Of a stretch of 64,000 nt of DNA, positions 56,757-64,000 are shown piece after piece. Made by a program: the position numbers and the translations under genes. How positions within the stretch are numbered: position 1 is the stretch's first letter; the number at the start of each line of letters is the position of its first letter. The notes below the pieces were generated by a model, which saw only the letters and a program-made list of their open reading frames with translations, was not told the origin of the DNA and searched no databases. Source of the stretch: a virus; the IMG/VR virus record IMGVR_UViG_3300022934_000004. The stretch is one strand, 5' to 3'.

Positions 56757-56785
56757 TATATCCCCATCTCCAAAACCACTTTAAT

Positions 56786-56813
56786 ATTATACCACAGCTG
56801 CGCGAGATGTACA
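56786..56813 (-). promoter_or_regulatory. Leftward sigma70-type promoter (antisense to the uvsW operon)
   Basis: Minus strand reads TGTACA, 16 nt, TATAAT, with an extended -10 (TGgTATAAT). Confidence 0.55.
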
Positions 56814-56834
56814 CCCCTAAAACACACTTTTTTC

Positions 56835-56885
56835 AAAAAAAATGAAAAAAAAGTTGTTTACTTTTGGTGAAAAATATGGTAGTAT
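56835..56885 (+). promoter_or_regulatory. Early sigma70-type promoter for the gp55-gp46 operon
   Basis: A-tract UP element, gTTTACT (-35, 56857-56862), 17-nt spacer, extended -10 TGgTAGTAT (56880-56885); matches the T4 early GTTTAC consensus. Confidence 0.75.
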
Positions 56886-56915
56886 AGTAAAGTATGTTGA
56901 AGGAGAACTTATAAC

Positions 56916-57503
56916 ATGGCAAAGAAAAAAAATATACATTATGTAAACAATTCTGAGTTCTCTCAAGCAGTGGTTGATTATGTAAAAGAAGTTAATAAAG
57001 CAAAAGAAGCTGGAGAAAAATTACCAGTTGTTCCTGACTATATTGCTGTCTGTTTTCTAAAGATCGCACAAAATTTATCTCATAAATCTAATTTTATACG
57101 TTATACTTATAGAGAAGAAATGGTAATGGATGCTGTAGAAAATTGCTTAAAGGCAATTGAAAACTACAACATTAATGCTGCTACGAGAACTGGCAAACCG
57201 AATGCCTTTGCATATTTTACACAGATCATTTGGTACGCTTTTTTAAGACGTATTCAAAAAGAAAAGAAACAACAAGATATTAAACATAAGTTTATGACAC
57301 AATCTGGAGCTGAAGCATTTTTATATTTTGGAGAAGAAGATGGTGCGGCTACTGTTGCAAATCATTTTGTAGATGTGTTGAAAGATCGCATTGAAAAAGT
57401 AAAACATTATGATACGGAATTTAAAGAGTTTGCAAAGAAAGAAAAAATAAAACGTAAAACTAAAATTGCAGATTCTAATTTAGAGGAATTCTTTGAAGAA
57501 TGA
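56916..57503 (+). CDS. gp55: Late-transcription sigma factor
   Basis: HYVNN..F, YIAVCFLKIA, NFIRYTYREEMVMDAVENC and NAFAYFTQIIWYAFLRRIQKEKKQ. Confidence 0.96.
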   Translation: MAKKKNIHYVNNSEFSQAVVDYVKEVNKAKEAGEKLPVVPDYIAVCFLKIAQNLSHKSNFIRYTYREEMVMDAVENCLKAIENYNINAATRTGKPNAFAYFTQIIWYAFLRRIQKEKKQQDIKHKFMTQSGAEAFLYFGEEDGAATVANHFVDVLKDRIEKVKHYDTEFKEFAKKEKIKRKTKIADSNLEEFFEE

Positions 57504-58561
57504 AAATAGCTATTCTTAACGATACTCATTGTGGTATACGTAATAGCTCTAACATTTTCCTAGACAACGCTGAAAAATTTTATAGTGAAGTATTTTTTCC
57601 ATACTTACTAGAAAATAATATTAAGCACATTTTACATCTAGGAGACTATTATGATCATCGTAAGTTCATAAATTTTAGAGCTCTTAATAGAAACCGCCAA
57701 CATTTTTTAGATAAATTAAGAGAACACAAGATTACTATGGACATCATTCCTGGTAATCATGATACGTTTTATAAAAATACAAATGAAGTAAATTCATTAA
57801 AAGAACTCCTTGGCCATTTTATGAATGAAATTCATATTGTAATGAAGCCAACTGTTATGACATATGGCAGCATGAAAATAGCATTGCTACCTTGGATTGC
57901 AAATGATAATTATGATGAATCTATTAACTTTGTAAAAACATGTAAAGCTGATTGGTTAGCTGGTCATTTAGAGTTAACTGGATTTGAAATGATGAGAGGT
58001 GTTAGAAACACTCATGGTATGGATCCAAAATTATTTTCACGGTTTGAAAATGTGCTAAGTGGCCACTATCATGTTGGATCTAAAGAAGGTAATATACATT
58101 ACTTAGGATCTCAAATGGAATTCTTTTGGAGCGACGCTCATGATCCAAAACACTTTCACGTTTTAGATACAGAAACAAGACAGTTAACTCCAATTTTAAA
58201 TCCACATACTTTATTTTATCGTATTAATTATGATGATAGAGTATTTAAACCAGATGAATTTGATCTTTCTCTTGTTGATGAAAAATTTGTAAAAATAGTT
58301 GTATATAATAAAAGTGATATATTTACATTTGACTCATTTGTTGATAGAATACAAAATAGGCCAATACATGAACTAAAGATAGCAGAAAACTTTAGCGATT
58401 TCGTTGGCTCAAATGTTGACGATGAAAACATATCAATAGAAGATACTAGTGTTTTACTCGATAGTTATATTGACGCAGTAGATACAGAATTAGATAAAGA
58501 CATCATTAAGTCTAAAATGAGAAACTTAATGACAGAAGCTCAGGCGCTTGAAATTTTATGA
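57500..58561 (+). CDS. gp47: Recombination endonuclease subunit (Mre11/SbcD-like)
   Basis: DTHCG, HLGDYYD, GNHD and SGHYH metallophosphoesterase motifs. Confidence 0.95.
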   Translation: MKIAILNDTHCGIRNSSNIFLDNAEKFYSEVFFPYLLENNIKHILHLGDYYDHRKFINFRALNRNRQHFLDKLREHKITMDIIPGNHDTFYKNTNEVNSLKELLGHFMNEIHIVMKPTVMTYGSMKIALLPWIANDNYDESINFVKTCKADWLAGHLELTGFEMMRGVRNTHGMDPKLFSRFENVLSGHYHVGSKEGNIHYLGSQMEFFWSDAHDPKHFHVLDTETRQLTPILNPHTLFYRINYDDRVFKPDEFDLSLVDEKFVKIVVYNKSDIFTFDSFVDRIQNRPIHELKIAENFSDFVGSNVDDENISIEDTSVLLDSYIDAVDTELDKDIIKSKMRNLMTEAQALEIL

Positions 58562-60306
58562 TTTTATTTAAAACTCTTAGATGGAAAAACTTTCTGTCAA
58601 CAGGTAATACTTGGACAGAAATAAATTTAAATGATACAAAGTCTACATTAATTGTAGGTCAAAATGGTGCAGGTAAATCTACACTATTGGATGCTTTGGC
58701 GTTTGCTTTATTTGGTAAACCACATCGAAATATTAATAAACCACAACTTATAAACTCAATCAATAACAAAGATTGTCGTGTTGAAGTTTCCTTCAATGCT
58801 TTAGGATCTGAGTTTAAAATTATTAGAGGTATTAAACCAGGAATATTTGAAATTTGGCAAAACGGAAAACTGCTTAATCAGTCTTCTCATGCCAAAGAGT
58901 ACCAGAAGATCCTCGAACAAAACATCTTAAAACTTAATCACAAAAGTTTTCATCAAATTGTTGTGTTAGGCTCTTCCTCCTTCATTCCATTTATGCAACT
59001 GCCTTCACAACATAGAAGGGATGTTATCGAGGATCTTCTGGATATTAATATTTTTTCTAAGATGAATCAACTATTAAAAGAACAAACAGGTTCATTAAAA
59101 GATACACTTAGTAAAATTGAATATGATTTGGAATTAACAAAAGAAAAAATAAGTCTGCAAGAAAAATATATTAAAGAAGTGGAGACTCTTAGCAATGATC
59201 AGGTGGAATACAAAGAAAATGAAATATTCCTCGCGGAAGCTGAAGTCACGGAACTACAGTTCATCAATAGTGAAAAGGAATCCGAAATCAATCTTTTATC
59301 AGATGGGCTCGATGAAGCGCTTAAAAAAAGTCACAACAAAAAACAAGCTCTCTTACAATACAAGGCTGAATTCAATCAAAAAATCGCGACCCTCGTCAAA
59401 GACTCGAAATTTTACGAAGAAAATGATACATGCCCATCATGTTCCCAAGATATTAGTGAGAGTTTACGATCAGAGAAACTTTCCTCCTCCAAAGCTAAGG
59501 CAGCAGAGATTAAAAAAGCTCTCGACGATGTCGCTGAACAGTCAACTATTGTGGAACAAGATATTGAGCGGCTCAATCAAACCGCTGCTAAAATACGAGA
59601 AACCACCGCATCTATTTCTAGCAACAATAAAGAAATCTTACGGTTGCAAGGACAGATTAGAAATCTCACCGATGCCATATCAAAAATACGCGGCAATGAT
59701 GGGGATGTGGTAAAATCACAGAAAGAATTAGAAAGATTAAATAATGATTCTAATGATTTTTGGCAAGCAAAGTTGCAGACAAATGAATCTTTAAACTATA
59801 ATATGATAATGTCAGAAATGCTTAAAGATACTGGTATTAAAACAAAAATCATTAAACAATATTTACCAGTAATTAATAAACTAGTGAACAAGTATTTACA
59901 GATACTTGACTTTTTTGTTTACTTTGATTTAGATGAAAGTTTTCAAGAAACAATTAAATCTAGACATAGAGATTCTTTTTCATATGATTCATTTAGTGAA
60001 GGTGAAAAACAAAGAATCGACTTAGCACTATTGTTTACTTGGAGAATGGTAGCTAAAATGAAAAATAGTGTTTCAACTAATCTTTTAGTTTTAGATGAAA
60101 CATTTGATAGTTCATTAGATCATGAAGGTGTAGATAATCTTATGAAAATTTTACATACACTTGATGATGATACTAATGTATTTGTCATATCCCATAAAGG
60201 TGAAATATTAGATGGGAAGTTCAATAACAAGTTAGAGTTTGCAAAAGTAAAAAATTTCAGCAAACTTGTAAATAATGGTGTTACAGATACTAATAATGTG
60301 GTATAA
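58558..60306 (+). CDS. gp46: Recombination endonuclease ATPase subunit (Rad50/SbcC-like)
   Basis: WKNFLSTGN, GQNGAGKST, CPSC zinc hook, FSEGEK and LDETFD. Confidence 0.96.
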   Translation: MILFKTLRWKNFLSTGNTWTEINLNDTKSTLIVGQNGAGKSTLLDALAFALFGKPHRNINKPQLINSINNKDCRVEVSFNALGSEFKIIRGIKPGIFEIWQNGKLLNQSSHAKEYQKILEQNILKLNHKSFHQIVVLGSSSFIPFMQLPSQHRRDVIEDLLDINIFSKMNQLLKEQTGSLKDTLSKIEYDLELTKEKISLQEKYIKEVETLSNDQVEYKENEIFLAEAEVTELQFINSEKESEINLLSDGLDEALKKSHNKKQALLQYKAEFNQKIATLVKDSKFYEENDTCPSCSQDISESLRSEKLSSSKAKAAEIKKALDDVAEQSTIVEQDIERLNQTAAKIRETTASISSNNKEILRLQGQIRNLTDAISKIRGNDGDVVKSQKELERLNNDSNDFWQAKLQTNESLNYNMIMSEMLKDTGIKTKIIKQYLPVINKLVNKYLQILDFFVYFDLDESFQETIKSRHRDSFSYDSFSEGEKQRIDLALLFTWRMVAKMKNSVSTNLLVLDETFDSSLDHEGVDNLMKILHTLDDDTNVFVISHKGEILDGKFNNKLEFAKVKNFSKLVNNGVTDTNNVV

Positions 60307-60307
60307 T
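60279..60307 (+). promoter_or_regulatory. Sigma70-type promoter upstream of gp45
   Basis: TGTTACA -35-like element and extended -10 TGgTATAAT (60299-60307). Confidence 0.65.
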
Positions 60308-60336
60308 AAATTAATTGACTTAAACAGGAGTATATT

Positions 60337-61014
60337 ATGGAACTAAGCGAATCAACTTTAGCAAAGTTGAAAAATTTTGCAGGGATTAATTCTAACCTTG
60401 TAATTAAAGAAGGCAATCAAATTTCAACTATTTCAGAAGCTAAGAACATTCTAGCTGTTGCAAATGTAGAAGAAACATTTGATAAAACCTTTGGTATATA
60501 CGATTTAAATGAATTTCTTGGTGTTTTAGGTTTAGTTGATAAACCTCGTATTCAACTAAAAGATGATCATGCTGTTATTGGAGATTCAAGCGGCAGATCA
60601 AAGATTCGTTATTATTTCTCTGATGTAGAAATGTTAACTACACCAACAAAGACTGCATCAATGCCTTCAGTGGATGTTAAATTTCATTTAGACAATGATA
60701 CATTAAATCGTATTAAACGTGCCGCAGCAGCACTTGGACACACTGAACTCACCGCTTCACCTGGCGGAGATGGTGTTGTATCACTTACTGTACAAAGCAG
60801 TGATAATTCGACTGCAAATACTTTCAGTATTGATGTAGTCGGCGAATCAAACACAGATAAATATAATCTCATATTTAATATTGCTAATTTAAAAATGATG
60901 TCTGGTAATTATGATGTTGAGGTTTCATCTAAATTAATTTCGCAATTTACTAATACTGAAAACAACTTAACCTACTGGATTGCAGTAGAAAAAAATTCTA
61001 ATTATGGAGAATAA
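60337..61014 (+). CDS. gp45: Sliding clamp
   Basis: LKNFAGINSNL...FGIYDLNEFL...NLKMMSGNYDV...YWIAVE. Confidence 0.95.
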   Translation: MELSESTLAKLKNFAGINSNLVIKEGNQISTISEAKNILAVANVEETFDKTFGIYDLNEFLGVLGLVDKPRIQLKDDHAVIGDSSGRSKIRYYFSDVEMLTTPTKTASMPSVDVKFHLDNDTLNRIKRAAAALGHTELTASPGGDGVVSLTVQSSDNSTANTFSIDVVGESNTDKYNLIFNIANLKMMSGNYDVEVSSKLISQFTNTENNLTYWIAVEKNSNYGE

Positions 61015-61016
61015 GA

Positions 61017-61211
61017 ATGGATCATAAAAAAGCTTACGAACAAATGAATAATATTTGTCGTTCAACAATTGCAGTTATTGATACAGTAACACAGCGTGGT
61101 GGTTTTAGAGGAGAAGAACTTTCTACAATTGGTCAATTACGTGATCAGTGTACACAAGGTATTTCAATTGTGGAAGCCTTTAAACAAGAAGAAGACGAAG
61201 CCGACGAGTAG
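61017..61211 (+). CDS. Small hypothetical protein
   Basis: 64 aa with IDTVTQRGGFRGEELSTIG; GGAG Shine-Dalgarno. Confidence 0.6.
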   Translation: MDHKKAYEQMNNICRSTIAVIDTVTQRGGFRGEELSTIGQLRDQCTQGISIVEAFKQEEDEADE

Positions 61212-61239
61212 TGTTTGTCTTTTTAAAATGGAGTGATAT

Positions 61240-62178
61240 ATGAATAATGATTTTTTGTGGGTAGAAAAATATCGCCCACAATATGTGAAAGACACCATTT
61301 TACCTGAACAGCTTAAACAAGTATTTCAAAAGATTGTAGATTCTGGTGAAGTTCCTAATATGCTTTTCACTGGATCTGCTGGTCTTGGTAAAACAACTGT
61401 TGCGAAAGCAATATGTAATGAACTAGATTTAGATTACATTCTAGTTAACGGATCTGAAGAAGGCAACATTGAAACTCTTCGTACGAAGATAAAACAATTT
61501 GCTTCTTCAGTATCTTTATCCGGAGGATATAAAGTAGTCATCCTTGATGAGGCTGATTATCTTAATCCACAATCTACGCAACCCGCATTGCGTGGATTTA
61601 TTGAAGAATTTGCAAACAATTGTAGATTCATTTTAACTTGCAATTTTAAGAATCGCATTATAGATCCTTTACATTCTCGTTGTTCAGTGTATGAATTCAA
61701 TACAGATCGCAAAACATTAGCTGGACTTTCTACACAAATGTTACAAAGACTAGAGGATGTTCTTAAACAAGAAAATGTAGAATATGAACGTAATACATTA
61801 GCTCAAGTTATTTTAAAACATGGACCTGATTGGAGACGTGTTCTTAATGAATGCCAACGATATGCAATCAGTGGAAAAATTGATGCCGGAATACTTGTAA
61901 ATTTATCTGATACATCATATCAAAATTTATTTACTTATCTTAAAGGTAAAGATTTTAAAAAGATGAGACAATGGGTTACTAATAATATTGACACTGATGC
62001 GTCAAGTATTTTCCGTGGAATCTATGATAGAATGCAAGATAAAGTTAGACCACAATCAATTCCGCAACTTGTATTAATCTTGGCTGACTATCAATATAAA
62101 AATGCTTTTGTTGCAGATCATGAATTAAATGTTGTTGCATGCATGACTGAAATCATGGCAAATGTGGAGATGCAATGA
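61240..62178 (+). CDS. gp44: Clamp loader large subunit
   Basis: LWVEKYRP, GSAGLGKTT, ILDEAD and HSRC. Confidence 0.96.
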   Translation: MNNDFLWVEKYRPQYVKDTILPEQLKQVFQKIVDSGEVPNMLFTGSAGLGKTTVAKAICNELDLDYILVNGSEEGNIETLRTKIKQFASSVSLSGGYKVVILDEADYLNPQSTQPALRGFIEEFANNCRFILTCNFKNRIIDPLHSRCSVYEFNTDRKTLAGLSTQMLQRLEDVLKQENVEYERNTLAQVILKHGPDWRRVLNECQRYAISGKIDAGILVNLSDTSYQNLFTYLKGKDFKKMRQWVTNNIDTDASSIFRGIYDRMQDKVRPQSIPQLVLILADYQYKNAFVADHELNVVACMTEIMANVEMQ

Positions 62179-62786
62179 TGGTAGCATATGATGGTTTAAA
62201 TAATGCTTGTATATTTGATTTTGAAACACTATCACAAGAACAAACAAATGGTGTAGTTGTTTCTATGGCAATGTTAAACTTTTCTGAATCACGTTTTACT
62301 AGTGATACAATTTCATATACGTTCGATGAATTAGTTGAACAAACTCATATGATTAAATTTGATGTCCAAGATCAAGTTAAAAGTTATAAACGACATATAA
62401 ACAAAGATACATTAAATTGGTGGATGGAACAAGGTGATTTAGCAAAAGAACAAATTAAACCTTCTTCTGATGATAAATCTATTTCAGAACTATATGGATT
62501 TTTTGTTGTAAACAAATCAGCCAATGTCAAAAAAGTTTATACAAGAGGAAATACTTTTGATCCTATCTTTCTTGAATATATAATGAGACAGACTGGAAAT
62601 CCGATGCCTTATGAATGGTGGGAAGTTAGAGATACTCGCTCTATAATTGAAGGCTTAAGTTGGGGATCAGATTTAAAGAATAGTTTTATTCCACCTAACT
62701 GTGAAAACTTTATAGCTCATGATCCAAAGCATGATATTGCTATGGATGTTATGAGATTACAAACATTAGTACAGGCAATTCAATGA
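62175..62786 (+). CDS. DEDDh 3'-5' exonuclease (DexA-like)
   Basis: IFDFETL (ExoI), RGNTFD (ExoII), RDTRS and HDPKHDIAMD (ExoIII). Confidence 0.75.
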   Translation: MMVAYDGLNNACIFDFETLSQEQTNGVVVSMAMLNFSESRFTSDTISYTFDELVEQTHMIKFDVQDQVKSYKRHINKDTLNWWMEQGDLAKEQIKPSSDDKSISELYGFFVVNKSANVKKVYTRGNTFDPIFLEYIMRQTGNPMPYEWWEVRDTRSIIEGLSWGSDLKNSFIPPNCENFIAHDPKHDIAMDVMRLQTLVQAIQ

Positions 62787-63457
62787 TAGTAGCAGCAGGT
62801 TGTGGGTACACAGCACCAAATCCAAATGTTTCTTGGCAAAATTGGCCAGAAATTGTAGCAGAAAAATTAGATAAGCCTCTTTATAATTTTGCAAAATATG
62901 GATATGGAAATGATTATATTTTAGATAAAACACTTCCATTTATATCTCGTAATTATAAAGAGATTGATTTAGTTATAATTGGTTGGACTGATGCTACTCG
63001 ATTACATTTTTATTATAAACATCATTTTAATCCTACACGTTGGTTGGATGGTAAAGATGGAGATGACTATTCTTCAGTTTATAATTTTTTAGGTGATCGT
63101 CCTTATTCTGTTGCACAAGCATTAATATCAAAAACAGATCCAAGCTTTTTTGCAGAAAAGTATTATGATGAACTCGAAACTCTTACTGATATATGCGAAG
63201 CACTAAATATAAAATATATTTTTGCTCAAATGCTTCCACCTATTGATTATGAATATATACCTTTTAAATTTCCTCATAGAAATCTAGTGACTAAAGGATG
63301 GTTAAGACATCCAGTATATGATCAACCTATGTCTAAAGTGTTAGCAAGAAATAAAGAAAAATATTTAATTTCAGATGAAGATCCACATCCAAATAAAGCT
63401 GGTCATGAATATATAGCTAGTATGTATTTAAAAAAATATAATAGACTTTATGGATAA
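62783..63457 (+). CDS. SGNH/GDSL-fold protein with an atypical block I
   Basis: AAGCGYT (block I position), NFAKYGYGNDYI, DLVIIGWT and DPHPNKAGH (block V). Confidence 0.6.
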   Translation: MIVAAGCGYTAPNPNVSWQNWPEIVAEKLDKPLYNFAKYGYGNDYILDKTLPFISRNYKEIDLVIIGWTDATRLHFYYKHHFNPTRWLDGKDGDDYSSVYNFLGDRPYSVAQALISKTDPSFFAEKYYDELETLTDICEALNIKYIFAQMLPPIDYEYIPFKFPHRNLVTKGWLRHPVYDQPMSKVLARNKEKYLISDEDPHPNKAGHEYIASMYLKKYNRLYG

Positions 63458-63463
63458 TATATT

Positions 63464-63844
63464 ATGAATCATTTTGATTATTTAAATTCTATAAACACAA
63501 CCAAGAAAGATATTATGGTTGATGATATAGCAGAAAAAGAATATAACCCCTTTATGGTTAATCGTGGTTTATCTTATTTTAATGATACTGTTATTCTTGC
63601 AAATGAAATGAATAAGTATCATAACATAGATAAGAAACTACAATATCATTTTCTTATAAATATGGTTAGACAACGGAAACGTTTTAGTAAATGGTTTAAA
63701 GCGGAATCCGTAAGTGATATTGAAGCGGTTAAAGTGTACTATGGTTATAGTAATGAAAAAGCAAGAGTAGCTTTAACCCTTCTGTCGCCTGAACAAATAA
63801 CTATACTAAAACAGAAGGTGAATAAAGGTGGAAGAAGAAAATAA
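63464..63844 (+). CDS. gp62: Clamp loader small subunit
   Basis: FDYLNSIN...YNPFMVNRGLS...ANEMN...RKRFSKW...YYGYSNEKA. Confidence 0.93.
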   Translation: MNHFDYLNSINTTKKDIMVDDIAEKEYNPFMVNRGLSYFNDTVILANEMNKYHNIDKKLQYHFLINMVRQRKRFSKWFKAESVSDIEAVKVYYGYSNEKARVALTLLSPEQITILKQKVNKGGRRK

Positions 63845-64000
63845 TTTAATAGAATGGTCGCCAGATCTTATGCTGGAAGTAACCATAGATGAGCCAGACG
63901 ATTTTTTAAAAATTAAAGAAACACTAACAAGAATCGGTGTTGCATCTAGAAAAGATAAAAAGCTCTACCAGTCATGCCATATATTGCATAAACAAGGACG
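63828..64000 (+). CDS. regA: Translational repressor RegA (runs off the window; not in the ORF track)
   Basis: GTG at 63828 after AAGGTG; translates to ...MLEVTIDEPDDFLKIKETLTRIGVASRKDKKLYQSCHILHKQG. Confidence 0.93.
   Translation, partial: MEEENNLIEWSPDLMLEVTIDEPDDFLKIKETLTRIGVASRKDKKLYQSCHILHKQG

Noticed and set aside
726-60872. All minus-strand ORFs and short alternative-frame plus-strand ORFs in the track (for example 1801..2124, 20878..21294, 46962..47414, 59195..59713)
   Set aside because: They overlap well-supported plus-strand genes, have no recognisable motifs, and look like shadows of biased codon usage.
1-64000. Stop-codon reassignment, introns or inteins in core genes
   Set aside because: Core genes translate without interruption in the standard code, TAA, TAG and TGA all end genes, and gp17, gp20, gp23, uvsW, gp46 and gp44 have ordinary lengths.
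1-64000. tRNA genes, photosynthesis genes or a host assignment
   Set aside because: No intergenic gap shows a cloverleaf and no host-diagnostic gene is in the window. The resemblance to the Bacteroidetes sequon is not evidence of host, especially as DSD and DSS do not fit that consensus.

Overview
The window is 64 kb of an AT-rich T4-like myophage genome with the gene order typical of marine T4-like phages (cyanophage/pelagiphage type). All real genes are on the + strand. Left to right: the end of baseplate wedge gp8; a VrlC/DUF4815-like baseplate protein; a ~35 kb accessory virion region; the morphogenesis core (gp13-gp23, gp3); uvsY and uvsW; and the replication block (gp55, gp47, gp46, gp45, gp44, gp62, partial regA). 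The accessory region holds 3003-aa and 1759-aa modular fibre proteins, a collagen-like fibre, six tandem small paralogues, two glycine-rich proteins, a seven-gene glycosyltransferase/methyltransferase cluster and a three-domain glycosyltransferase. TATAAATA late promoters, sigma70-type promoters and a gp23 terminator are visible. The best candidate for an undescribed system is a late-expressed virion-modification pathway: six glycosyltransferase genes (about eight GT domains), two methyltransferase-like genes and an Stf0-like sulfotransferase lie among structural genes, and those structural proteins are strongly enriched in an Asp-Ser motif that may be the acceptor site. Other notable items are three putative type-1 copper domains on fibre proteins (one circularly permuted), a six-fold expanded fibre-tip adaptor array, and an antisense promoter facing uvsW. 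All family calls come from motifs recognised by eye, not database searches, and all counts are hand counts.
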